Below are positions 23,011 through 35,428 of a DNA stretch of 45,944 bases, piece after piece. Where the stretch lies: the NCBI RefSeq assembly GCF_004010195.1, contig NC_057752.1:160956-206899 (forward strand), written 5' to 3'. Source of the DNA: Chiloscyllium plagiosum. Its lineage: Eukaryota. The notes beneath the pieces are model-generated. The model was not told the DNA's origin. It searched no databases and was given only the letters and a program-made list of their open reading frames with translations. Each line of letters starts with the position of its first letter. The first letter of the stretch is position 1. The translations under genes and the position numbers were made by a program.

Positions 23011-24649
23011 AATCTTTTTTTTCTTATGCGTGTGTGAGAGTGGGAGCATGCACACACACTTAAGGGGGAGTTTATAAGGAGATTAGAGTTTTACACAGCA
23101 GAATTGTATGCCAATGGTTCATAATTCTGAACCTGTAGCTAGAGTATATTTATTTGTGATAAATAGACATTCTTGTTAAGTACAGAAACCTTAATTGTCA
23201 TCTGAGATTATCTGCTCAACTCCTTCCTGTCTCAGATGAAAATATATCACAAAACCCATTAACATTCTTTCCAATCATGCTCTAGATTAAATTGCTTTCA
23301 AACAACTTACATCTTTTCTAATTTTTCTTCCACTCACTGTGTATCCTCTAACTCAAGACCCATGACCTTGAGTGAAAAATTGGAATAACTTTAACATTTT
23401 AATTGGATAGGAACCATTGTTCTGGGAAATTAAGTAGGACAAATAAATGATGCAAAAATAGAGAAAATAATTGGGAAATAATGAGTCACAACTTAGTTAT
23501 ATTCCATGTAAGAACAGCCGTGTTTGATGAGGGAGCTGAATTGGAAATAAAGTAATGTTCAATGAGATAAGAACAAATCTGAGCCAAACTAATTAGGCAG
23601 GAAAGGCAGCAAATAGAATTAGTATGGAAAATGTTCAAATGAAATGGACAGAGGGTAGAATGAATAGATTCCTACAATGAAAAGATAAAAGTCTGCTTTT
23701 ACAAATCTTGGAGCCAATGAAAATATAGGTGTTCAAGAGGAGGTTGTGGAATAATTGTTAGAAAGAAGTGTAGACATTGGCATTTGAAAAATGAGCAGAA
23801 AACAAATTGGATAAGCCCACTGGGCTTGGACATCTTTACATAGACAGCTGACGGAAGTCAGACATGGCACAGTTTTTCAATACTCCTGAAGTATGAAAGG
23901 AGTGCTGTGAGGCTGGGTAGTCAAAGTAATGCTATTTTTAAAGAAGGGAGAAAAAGGTAAGCAAGGGAACAATGAACCAAATAATGTAATGTCAATTGTG
24001 CGCAAACTCTCAGAATCCATAATCTGCAATTAAAGAAATCAGCTTTTAGAGAAGCACATGCAGTCAATGTGAATTCAGTAAAAGCAAATCGTAATTGGTA
24101 AATTTGATAGAGACTTTTAAATGAAATCAATTGAGACAATTTTCAACTTTGGTTGGTTGCTTCTTGTTCAAGCGGTAAAGAGGCCCCCCACCATTGAGAC
24201 ACTGGATTCATTTAAATCTGGCAGGTGAGCATCTGGGTCCTAGCAAGGTAAATCTCAGGAGGGAGTCACTATCATGAAGGGTAGGGTCCCATGGCAGAAG
24301 TAACTCAGACCATGTTTGGAAAATAGTCCAGCTACTTCAAGGCCCATTAAGCTAGACAGCTACTAAACCCCTTCTGTGGAACATATTGGCATGTACACAG
24401 TACAGGTTTTGACAATATTTGAGTAAAAATGGGTATTAGGGACCTATTTACTTCAGAGCATTCTAATTTCCAAGGTAAAAGAGGTTTATCATCTGAAACA
24501 AACAAGGTCTTGGATACACAGTGTCCATTCCCTTTCCGAATGATGTTTGGCTGGAGGTAACACAGCATAAGGCTACTCACCTCATTGATACTCCATTGGT
24601 GTCAGATGGAGTAGTGAAATCCTTTGGAGAAATAGAGGTGTGGGAGGGA

Positions 24650-25242
24650 TAGTGGAAATGTTACTCAAGTGGCAATTTAGAACCTCAGGTTAATATTCTG
24701 GGACATGAGTTTGAATTCCACCATGGCAGCTGGTGAAATTTGAATCCAATGAAAATCTGGAATAAAAACTGGACTAATGGCAACTATATAATCAATGTCA
24801 ATTGTTGTAATCAAAAACAGCTGGTTCACTTCCCTTGAGAGGGAGCACATGGTGTCTATCAATACCCTTGAGGTTTTCAGGGAGAGCTGGGCACCACGGG
24901 GCATGGCGTGTTTTATTTCCCCCTCCGATTCTATTTTGATTTGATCCCTAGCACCCCCCCCGCCCTCCCTCCGCCCCCGCCTTCACTTTTTGGATCACTT
25001 TGGCATTGCCTTGTTTTGAGAAGGGCACTGCTTGTCACTGGCCACTCGGGTGTTTCCTTTCTTCCTGGTAATGGAATATGAATAAAATTGTCTGCACTCG
25101 AAAAAAAAATCTGGTTCCCTAAGGAAATCTGCCATCCTGATTTGGCCTAACCTGCATGTGACTCTAGATCCACAGCAGTGTGGTTGACTCTTAACTGCCC
25201 TTGGGGCAATTAGGGATTGTTAATAAATCTTGGCCCAACCAG
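24650..25242 (+). mobile_element. tRNA-derived shark SINE with an internal insertion
   Basis: Same family as 33850-34180 (ccatggcagctggtgaaatttgaat...catgtgactctagatccacagcagtgtggttgactcttaactgccc). Confidence 0.65.
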
Positions 25243-25640
25243 CTATTCTAAGAGTTTCAAAGAATGAGGTGTGACCTCATTGAAATATACAAAATTCTTA
25301 CAGGGTTCAACAGGGTAGCTTGCAGGAAGGATATTTTCCCTGGGGTTCAGAGACAGAGTCTCACAATGAGGGCCAGACCATTTAAGACTGAGATGAGGAA
25401 GCACTTCTTCTCTCAAAGGGTGGTGAATCTTGGGAATTCTCAATCCCAAAGAGCTATGGGGGTTCAATCATTTAGCTTCTTCAAAACAAAGATCAGTACA
25501 TTTCAAGATATTACACAAATGAAGAGATATGAGGATAACGTGGGAAAAGTATGTTGAAGTAAAAGGTCAGCCATGATGTACAGTAGTGCAACAGGCTAGT
25601 GGGGTTGAATGGCCCATACACGCTCCCATTTCTTGCATTC
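25243..25640 (+). mobile_element. CR1 3' fragment
   Basis: MRCDLIEIYKIL...FFSQRVVNL. Confidence 0.85.
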
Positions 25641-26214
25641 TCCTCCTCCTGCCTCATGGTCATAAATCCACCAGTAGGCATTACATTGATTTTCTGACAT
25701 TGCCGTACTGGTAAGTCCAAGCCCTCCCCTTGTGTTAGATTTCATAAACCCGCTATGGATAAGGAAGGAAATATCTCTTTGTGATTGGACAGTATCAGTT
25801 TCTCAGTAATGACTCAAATAAGCAAAAATAGGCTTCCCCAATTTCTTGCTTTCATGAACACATTTTTAGAAAGGCAGAATTCTTTAGAATAGCCTCAAAC
25901 ACTGTATACTCTGTTTGTATTTTCCAGCACTGAGTTTTGTGACAAATTATTGAAATAGTTAGCTCAAGGTCTTCCCTCAGTTTACTATAGGGTTCCACTC
26001 ATGGGGTTGGGGATTTGGTGGTTGAAGAGTGGGATAGCACATTCATTTTTACATCTTTAAATTTAGAGTGCCGGTTATTATTTACTTCAGTTAGAGAGTC
26101 ATATTATTTACAAAAGGTCACTATGACTCCACCCCACATACTGGACAGCGGTCCTGGTTTCAGTGAGAAGTTCTGAGGCCCACTATGGGTAATTCTCCAT
26201 TCTGGAAAGGCAAC

Positions 26215-26247
<33 letters not shown>

Positions 26248-26774
26248 CAGAAAGATAGGGACTGGAGGGAAAGGGAGAGTCAGAAGGTGGGCACATAGTG
26301 AAGCTGATCCTGGGACTCTGCTCCTCTCTTTAACCTGGCAGAATCTCCTATTTTGCCATGGTACACCATGCCTGAATGTCTGAGGAGAGAGCTGCATGTG
26401 AGAGCCAAGCATTCAGCATGCAATAGAAACATGATTGCATGCTTGTGTTGGCTGCTCAGACCTGGAAGGTGGCCAGTTGTCAGTAACATTAGTTGAATGA
26501 AACTCAGTTACCATAAAAACATGGTCACTCACTTCCTTGTCTGTTCATATATCGTAGAATAGTACAAACTTATAAACAGTCCATCCAGCCTGTCCACATA
26601 ATTGCAATGTGCTTGATTAATTCACAGGATGTGGATGTCACTGGCTAGGCCAGCAATTGTTGACCATCCCTGTTGCCCTTCAGAAGGTGGTATTGGACCT
26701 TCTTGAACCACTGCAGTCTATTTAGCATAGACTATTTAACCCATGGTGCTGTTAGGAAGGCAGTTCCAGGATTT

Positions 26775-27520
26775 AAATTGAATTGAATTGAATTAGCTTT
26801 ATTGTCACGCACTCAAACCACTTCAGTGCCATCTTAGGTATAAGGAGAAAATGAGGACTGCAGATGCTGGAAATCAGAGTCGAGAGTGTGGTGCTGGAAA
26901 GATACAGCAGGTCAGGCAGCATCTGAGGAGCAGTAGAATCTACATTTCGGGCATAAGCCCTTCATCAGGAAGCCCTTCTTGATGAAGGGCTTGTGCCCGA
27001 AGCATCAATTATCCTGCTCCTCGGATGCTGCCTGACCTGCTGTGTCTTTCCAGCACCACACTCATCTTAGGTATAATTCTTAGTTACAGAATAGAGAAAT
27101 GAAGAAAATGTTACATTACAATGATACACAGTTTAACCATAGGTCAGAAAACTAAGAAGCAAAGTTAAAAAGAAAAATATCATAGTCTCTCTCCAAAGAC
27201 TCTCTACAGCAGACCAGCGCAAGGGACCTCCATGTGGTCTGACTGCTGGCTGCCACCATGCTCTGCACTGAGCTGTTGCCCCTGCTCCTGCACCGGGCTG
27301 CTATTGCCATGGTCTGCACTGGGCAGCTGGTTGCCGGCATCCTGCTGTTCACTGGCATTCTTGCTCTGGCCGCTGGCATCTCCTTCAACTCCACTTCAGA
27401 GACTGGGGCCTGGTTCTGAGGCCGAGAGAAGGGAGGAGAGAGGGAGAAAGAAAAGAAAAAGAACAGGTGGAGCACAGCAGCTCCGGCTGGAGAGTCCTAC
27501 TCTGCCTACTCTGCCAGATT
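26775..27520 (-). mobile_element. Non-autonomous element with a Rex1/Babar-like tail, inserted into an older SINE/LINE tail
   Basis: Minus strand ends gtgacaataaagctaattcaattcaattcaatt, like the Rex tail at about 35390-35426. The host sequence ccaggattt...aacccaatgacagtgaagg is split around it. Confidence 0.55.
26844..27062. mobile_element. Palindromic Penelope-derived mini-element
   Basis: Inverted arms at about 26884-26972 / 26975-27063; exact 14-bp TSD catcttaggtataa 26830-26843 / 27063-27076. Confidence 0.9.
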
Positions 27521-27543
27521 TTAACCCAATGACAGTGAAGGTG

Positions 27544-27860
27544 CATAGAGTCATGGAGATGTACAGCACGGAAACAGACCCTTCGTTCAACTCGTCCATG
27601 GCAGCCAGATATCCTAACCTAATTTAGTCCCATTTGCCAGCACTTGGTCTACATCCCTCTAAACCCTTCCTATTCATATACCGATCCAGATCCTTTTAAA
27701 TGTTGTCAGCCTCCACCTCTTCCTCTGGCAGCTTATTCCACACACGCACCACCCTCTGTGTGAAAATGTTGCCCCTTAAGTCTCTTTTATATCTTCCCCC
27801 TCTCACCCTAGACCTATGCCCTCTAGTTCTGGATTCCCCTGCCCCAGGGAAAATGTTATA
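27544..27860 (-). mobile_element. CR1 3' fragment
   Basis: catagagtcatggagatgtacagcacggaaacagaccc is the reverse complement of the CR1 tail. Confidence 0.9.
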
Positions 27861-29841
27861 TTTCTAAGTCTGGCTTGGAGGGGAAGCTTCGGCACAGTCA
27901 GGAAAAAGAAATCCTATCTAGAGTGAGACATAGCCTGAGTGAGAATATAGTTTGAGGAATTTGGTGACAATGTGGGAATTCGGTGCAGAGGATAAGAGAT
28001 GCTTTTTATTTGCTTTGCTTCGGCTGATAGCTTCTAAGTTTTTTTTTAAACAGGATAATTGAAGCCCAGGATCAGGGACACATCACAAAACAGTGATATC
28101 ACATGTAAACTATAAGTTCTTTGGTTGATGAAGGCTTTTAATTTGACTACCTATCATAGATTACTTTCAAATTGAAGGTAAATAGGAGAAATATTTACAT
28201 GCTACAAGCTTAAAGACCACGATGATTTGTTTAGAAAATCAAATAAAGAGCTAAGTATTTAAAGTAGAGATACTGGGTCAGGTGATATGTTGTACCTGCA
28301 GGATGTAGAAACTCGTAGATCCTATTGTGATTCATAGTGACCACGTGTAGCAAGTGTTGGTTATTTGAGGAACTCCAGCTCAGAGTTGATGAGCTGGAGC
28401 CTGAACTTCAAATGCTGCAATAGATCAGGGAGGGGGAGAGTTACCTGGATGCAATGTTTCAGTAAGCGGTCACATCTCCTAGATTAGCTACCTCGAATTT
28501 GGTCAGTGGTCAGGGACAGGTGGGTATGACTAAGAGCGAGGCAGGTAGAGGCATCCAGAGGTAATGTTGAGGAACCTCAGCCCTTGAGCTTGTCTCGCAG
28601 GCTTGAGATTCTTGCTCCCTGTATGGATTGGAGAAGGGGCTGTAGGGAGGATGAGCAGTTTGACCATAGCACTGTGGAACAGGGAGCCATTCAGGATGGG
28701 GGGAGAAAAGAGAGGTGTAGTTGTAATCAGGGATAGTACAGTTAGAAGAATAAATACTATTCTCTGTGGCCAGGACTGGCAGTCCTGAGGGCTTTTTTGC
28801 TTGCCTGGAGCTCAGGATATCTCATCTGGGCTGCAGAAGAACTTGGAGTGGGAGGGGAAAGATCCAGTTATTGTAGTCCCCATATGTACCAACAATATAG
28901 GTAGAAAGAGTAAAGCTGAGGGAATATAAGCAGCTTGGGGCTAAATTAAAAAACAGAACCAAAACGATAATAACTTCTGGATTATGACCTGAGCCATGAG
29001 CTAATTGGTACAGGATCAAAAAGATTAAAGAGGTAAGCACGTGGCTCAAAGATTGGTGTGGGAGAAAAGGGTTCAAATTAATGGGACATTGGCACCAGTA
29101 CTGGGGAAGTGGGGAGCTGTTCCAAGGACAGGCTCCACCTGAATCAGGCTAGGACCAGAGTCCTGGCAATTCACATAACTAGGCCTAGGGATAGGGCTTT
29201 AAACTAATTAGTGGTAGGTTTCAATTGCATGGAAATTATGGGAAAAGTTCAAGTGGGGGAGAAGGACTCAGTAGAGGTTATTAAAGTTTCCAGAACAAGT
29301 AACAGAACAGAGAGTATGGAATGGATCAGGAATCTAACTTCAAACATAGCAGATAAAGGGACAACTATGAGAAGGGCAGCAGTCAACAGAGGACTGAGGG
29401 TGTTACACTAAAATACACTAAAGGTAACTGTAGCACAGATTGAAATTGGCAGGTATGATGTTGTGGGTTTCACAGAGACATGGTTGCAAGGGGATCAGGG
29501 ATGGGAACTAAATATCCAAGGATACACATCCAAATGAAAGGACAGGCAGGTGGCAGAGAGGGTGGGGTTGTCTTGTTAATAAGAAACGAAATTAAATCAA
29601 TAGCAAGAAGTGAAATGGAGTCGGAAAGTGTATAATGTGTTTAGGTAGAGTTGAGAACTGCAAAGGGAAAAAGACCCTGATGGGAGTTATGTACAGCCCT
29701 CCCAGCAGTAGTCAGGATTTGAGAAGGAAAATAAATCAGGAGATAGAAAAGGTGTGTAAGAAAAGCACAATTACAACAATCACAAGAACTTCGATGTGTA
29801 GGTGAACTGGGAAAATCAGGTTGGTAGTGGATCTCAAGTGA

Positions 29842-30085
29842 TGACTGTGTGGAGTTTGCACATTCTCCCCATGTCTGCGTGGGTTTCCTCCGGGTGCTCT
29901 GGTTTCCTCCCACAGTCCAAAAATGTGCAGGTTAGGTGAATTGGCTATGCTAAATTACCCATAGTGTTAGGTGAAGGGGTAAATGTAAGGGAATGGGTCT
30001 GGGTGGGTTGCGCTTCGGCGGGTCGGTGTGGACTTGTTGGGCTGAAGGGCCTGTTTCCACACTGTAAGTAATCTAAGTAATCTAA
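29842..30085 (+). mobile_element. 5'-truncated HE1-type V-SINE inside the CR1
   Basis: tgactgtgtggagtttgcacattctcccc...gggcctgtttccacactgtaagtaatcta. Confidence 0.92.
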
Positions 30086-32159
30086 AAGAAATTTATGGAA
30101 TGTCTGTAAGATTGATTTTCAGGGCAACTTGTGATAGCATCCACTAGGAAACAGGCAATTCTGGATTTTGTGATGTGCAATGAGGCAGACTTGATTAAGC
30201 AGAAGGAACCCCTTTGGGGCAGAGACCATAATATGATAGAATTCACCCTGTAGTTTCAGAGGGAGAAGCTGGAATCAGATGAAGCAATATTACAATTGAG
30301 AAAAGGTAACTGCAAAGACATGAGCAAGGAATTGGCCAGTGTTGATTGGAAGGGAAGCCTACCAGGGAAGATGGTGGAGCATCAATGCCAGGAGTTTCTG
30401 GGGGTAATTCAGGAGGCACAGCAGAAATGCATCTCAAGGAAGAAGAAACATGCTGAGGGGAGGATGAGGCAATAAGGGGGAAAAGATGAAACATGAGAGT
30501 ACGTTAGCTAATAATAATGGAAGATTGTAAGAGCTTTTTTTTAGATATTTAAAAAGTAAGCGAGAGACAAGAGTAGCCATTGCACTACTGGAAAATGAAG
30601 CGACAGAAGTCATAATGGGGAACAAACAAATGACAGAAGAACTGAATGGGTACTTTGTATCAGTCTTCATGGTGAAAGATACCTGCAACATACCAGAACT
30701 TGAAGAGAATCAGGGGGTAGAAGTGAGTGTAATGGCCATCACTAAGGAGAAAGTGCTGGGGAAGCTGAAAGGTCTGAAGGGGGATAAATCACCTGGACCA
30801 GATAGACTACACCCCAGAGTTCTTAAGGAAGTAACTAAAGAGATTGTGGAGGCATTGGTAGTGATCTTTCAGAAATCACTGGAGAAAAGGAGGGTCCCAG
30901 AAGACCAGAAAAAGACTAATGTAACACTCCTGTTTAAGAAGGGAGGGAAGCAGAAGACAAGAAACTATTGGCTGATTAGCCTGACCTCGGCCGTTGGTAA
31001 GATTTTAGAGTCCATTATGAAGATTGCGGAGAACTTGGAAGTCGATGTTAAAATAGGGCAGAGCCAGCACAGCTTCATCGTGCCTGACAAGCCTGTTAGA
31101 TTTCTTTGAGGAAGTAATGAGCAAGTTAAAGAAAGGAGAGATGGTGGCTGTGATCTATTTAGATTTCCACAAGAGCTTTAACAAGGTGCCGCAAACGAGG
31201 CTGCTAAATAAGAGCCCATAGTGTTGGGGGAAGGTAGCGGTATGGATAGAGGATTGGCTGACTGGCAGAAGGTGGGAGTAAGGATAAAGGAGTCTTTTTC
31301 AGGTTGACAGCCAGTGACTACTGGAGTTCCGCAAGGGTCAGTGTAAGGACCACAACTATTCATATTGTATATTAATGATCTGGATGAAGAAACTGAAGGC
31401 ATTGTAGCTCAGTTTGCAGATGATACAAAGATAGGTGGAGGGACAGGTAGTGCTGAGGAAGTGAGGAGGCTGCTGAAGGACTTGGACAGGTTGGAGAGTG
31501 GGCAAAGAAGTGGCAGATGGAATACAATATGGGAAAGTGTGAGGTTATGCACCTTGGGAGGGAGATTAGTGGTGTAGACTATTTTCTAAATCAGGAAATC
31601 TGAAGCACAAAGGGATTTGGGAATCCTAGTTCAGAATTTTCTTAAGATTAACATGCAGGTTTAGTTGGCAGTTAGGAAAACAAATGTAATGCTAATGTTA
31701 ATTTTAAGAAGGCAAGAATACAGCAGCAGAGGTGTACTGCTGGGCTGTATAAGGCTCTGGTCAGACAACATTTGGAATATCGTGAGCAGTTCTGGACCCC
31801 ATATCTAAGGAAGAATATGCTGGTATTGGAGGCCTACAAGAACAATTCCAGGTACGAAGGAGTTGTCATATGACAAACTGTTGAGCAATCTGGGTCTGTA
31901 CTTGATGGAGTTTAGAAGGATTTGGGGTGGGGGGGGGAGCAGTCTAATTGAATCTTACAGAATACTGAGAGGTCTGAATAGAGTGGATATGGAAAAGATG
32001 TTTCCATCAGTTGGAGAGCCTAGAACCCAGAGACACACCCTCAGAGTAAAAGGATAACCCTTTAGAGCTACGATGAGGAGGAATTTCTTCAGCCAGAGGG
32101 TCATTAATCTGTGGAAGTCATTGCTGCAGAGGGCTATGGAGGCCAAGTCATTGAGTGTA

Positions 32160-32376
32160 CAGGTCGTTCTGCTATAATGTGCATTTTGTTAACACGAATT
32201 TGCTGTAATGCAATTGACGAATTGGGGACACTTTCTCAAGCGCAAACATTTAAAACATGTCTTGGCTGTAATGTGATTACATCGCAACCACTTTAAATGC
32301 TGTTTCTAAAGCGTGATTTTTCTATTATGTGGGATTGCATAAGAATGTAACTATCGCATTATAGAAGAACTACCTG
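32160..32376. mobile_element. Tc1/mariner (Tigger-like) MITE
   Basis: TA duplication at 32158-32159 / 32377-32378; 20-bp TIRs CAGGTCGTTCTGCTATAATG / CATTATAGAAGAACTACCTG (2 mismatches). Removing it restores the CR1 sequence ttgagtgtatttaagacagag. Confidence 0.88.
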
Positions 32377-32519
32377 TATTTAAGACAGAGATAGACAGGC
32401 CGTTGACCAGTAAGGGGGATCAAGGGTTAAGGGGAGAAGGAATGGGGTTGAGAAATATATCAACTATAATCAAATAGTGCAGCAGGCCCAATGGGCCAAA
32501 TGGCCTAATTCTGCTTCTT

Positions 32520-32756
32520 TGAGGAGAAAGTGAGGGCTGAGGATGCTGGAGATCAGAGCTGAAAATGTGTTGCTGGAAAAGCGCAGCAGGTCAGGCAGCA
32601 TCCAAGGAACAGGAGAATCGACGTTTCGGGCATAAGCCCTTCTTCAGGAATGAGGGCTTATGCCCTGAAGAAGGGCTTATGCCTGAAACGTCGATTCTCC
32701 TGTTCCTTGGATGCTGCCTGACCTGCTGCGCTTTTCCAGCAACACATTTTCAGAGA
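32520..32756. mobile_element. Palindromic Penelope-derived mini-element with hammerhead motifs on both strands
   Basis: 90-bp arms 32559-32648 / 32664-32753 with one mismatch; exact 14-bp TSD taattctgcttctt 32506-32519 / 32757-32770. Confidence 0.92.
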
Positions 32757-33849
32757 TAATTCTGCTTCTTAATCTTACGATCTTTTTTGGAACTTGAAAG
32801 TGGTGTTCTTATGTGTCTTCTGCCTTTGTCATTGGTGGTGAAGGTAGCAGATTTGGGAGGTGTTGCAAAAACTCCCTTGGCAAGTTGCTGAAGTGCATCC
32901 TGTAGACAGTACACACTGCTGTCACTGTGCAGTCGCGGTAGAAGGAATAACATTTGAGATGGTGAATGCAGAATTTTGTCCTGGGTGGTGGCGAGTTTCT
33001 CAAGTGTTGCTGGAACTCCTTTCATTCAGGCATTTGGAGTGCTTATCAGACTCCTGATTTCTGCATACAATATATACATTTCCCATCTGATCCAGAGCCA
33101 TGTAATCTCTTGGGAGAAGTGTAAACCATATAGAACCCAGGCAAACTGGGGGGAAAATCAGGAATATTACTCTCACAATCCTGGGGTGATCAAAATCTAT
33201 TCAGAAAACTACCCTGACTCAATAGCATCACTCTCACTTCTGAGCTGAAGATTGTAGACAAAGATCTCACTCCACAGATTCAGACCATATCATCCCTGCT
33301 GGTAAATGATGGCCTGTTGTCAGTGACCAACACTTCCGGGAGCCTATGTATTGCAAAACATCTTGCAGCTTTTCTATCATCGTCACCGTGTTTGATGAAT
33401 GAACTCCATGCACATCCACCCACTTTCAGTGGACATCCACAATGACTAAGAATGTTGAGCCCATGAAAGGGCCAGCATAGTCGATGTGTAACCAAATCCA
33501 GGGTTTACCCAAACATTCCTACGAATGTGGGGGAGCTGCTGGTGATCATTTTTGTCCTTATTGGCACTCTGAACACTGCCTGACCAACACAGCTATGTCT
33601 GCTTCTAATCCTGGCCACCAGACAGAACTTCTCACCAACATTTTCATTTTGGAGACCCCTGGATGACCTTGGTGGAGTTCAGCCAGTATATGGTGGTGAC
33701 CTTTACTCAGGACAATCACTCTTGCTCCCCCATAATAAAATGCCATCCTCTACAGTGAACTGGTCTCGCTGGGTCCAGAAAAGTTTCACTTCAGGTTGTT
33801 ATGGCCCTTTGGTTTCCTCTAGCACCACCAGCTGTTTTAGTGTTGCCAA

Positions 33850-34180
33850 CCTAGTGGTACTATCACTGGACTGTTAGTCAAGACACCCAAGTAATGTTCC
33901 AGGAACCCGGGTTCGAACTCTGCCATGGCAGATGGTGGAATTTGAGTTCAGTTCAAAAATTCTGGAATTAAGAGTCTAATGATGACCACCAATCCATTGC
34001 CAATTGTTGGAAGAATCCATGTAGTTTTCTAATGTCCTTTAGGGAAGGAAACTGCCATTGTTACCTGGTCTGGCCTACATGTGACTCCAGACTCACAGCA
34101 ATGTGGTTCACTATTAACTGTCCTGTGGGTAATAAATGTTGGCCTAGCCAGTGATGTCCTAATCCCGTGAATGAATTAAA
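33850..34180 (+). mobile_element. tRNA-derived shark SINE nested in the gypsy element
   Basis: B-box ggttcgaactc; tail aataaatgttggcctagccagtgatg...gaatgaattaaaa. Confidence 0.8.
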
Positions 34181-34327
34181 ACAAAGACTGGATCTTTTTG
34201 CATCCACGGTCTGATACTGTCAACTGTGACTGGAAGGGTGTCCAGAAAGATTAAAACCATTACAGATACTTCCAGTGGTGGCACCACCTGTGGTGTATCT
34301 GCCAGTGGGAAGTAGCTCAAGGCATCC

Positions 34328-35428
34328 ACATTGCTTTGAAAGGCTGGTCATGGCATTAGTCAACTCCAGCCTCCCCACTACTCTTGACCCACTCCAATTT
34401 GCCTATCAGACCAACAGATCCACATCAGATGCCATATCACTTGCCCTTACTCCTCCCTACAACATCCTGACACCAAGAACAGCTACGTAAGCTACTCAAC
34501 ACTGGAGCCCCCCAGGGGTGCATATAAGCCCCCTACTGTACGCGATGTATACCAATGACTGCGTATCCAAATACCAGACTAATGCCATTTACAAGTTCGC
34601 TGATGACACCACCATAATCGGTCAAATCTCAGATGGCGATGAACAGACTACAGACGGGAGGTGGAAGACCTAGAAAAATGGTACACTGAGAACAACCTAG
34701 CTCTCAATGCCAGCAAAACCAAGGAACTCATTGTTGACTTTCGGCAGGATGTTACTCATGCCCCTCTACACTTTAACAGCACAGAGGTGGAACGAGTAGA
34801 GAGTGTCAAGCTCCTGAGAGTGGTCATCCACAACAAGCTTGCTTGGACTCTTCATGTGGACACACTGGTTACAAAGGTCCAACAACGTCTCTTCTTCCTC
34901 AGGCAGCTGAGGAAATTTGACATGACGGCGAATACCCTTGCCAACTTTTATAGGTGCGCCATCAAGAGCATTTTGTCTGGATATATCACTACCTGGTACG
35001 GCAACTGTACCATTCAAGATCGGAGACGATTACAGAGAGTGGTGAACTCGGACCGGACAATCACAAAGGCCAACCTCTCATCTATAGAATCCACCTATCA
35101 GGCCCGCTGTCAAGGAAAGGCATTCTCAAAGATCCAGCCCACCCTGGCAATGTTTTTCTCCAACCTCTACCATCAGGGAGAAGGTACAGAACACACGCAC
35201 CAGCCGGTTTTGCAACAGTTTCTACCCTATTGCTGTTAGAATACTGAATAGACTCACAAACTCTTAACATTCGCCTGTACCTGTGTTTTGTTTTTGCTGC
35301 TGTTTACCTATTATTTACTTATCTATGCTACTTAACTATGTGATCTGCCTGTATTGCTTGCAAGACAAAGCTTTTCACTGTGCTTCGGTACACGTGACAA
35401 TAAATTCAATTCAATTCAATTCAATTCA
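34328..35428 (+). mobile_element. Rex1/Babar-type LINE fragment nested in the gypsy element
   Basis: CFERLVMA...LDPLQFAY..NRST.DAI, GAPQGC, KFADDT, LNASKTKELIVDFR and QQRLFFLRQLRK; (aattc)n tail. Confidence 0.9.

Larger units (their letters stand above)
27866..32519 (+). mobile_element. Near full-length but decayed CR1 LINE (ORF1 esterase-like, endonuclease, RT)
   Basis: VVIRDSTVRR (GDS-like ORF1) near 28720; DVVGFTETWL endonuclease motif near 29455-29490; KSPGPDRLHP and FADD RT motifs within 30615-31577; 3' UTR to about 32519. Many stops and frameshifts. Confidence 0.9.

Noticed and set aside
26213..26250. (GA)n tract
   Set aside because: Ordinary microsatellite.
27152..27627. Hydrophobic, GC-rich ORFs resembling a signal peptide protein
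   Set aside because: They fall inside a non-autonomous repeat and run into a CR1 tail.
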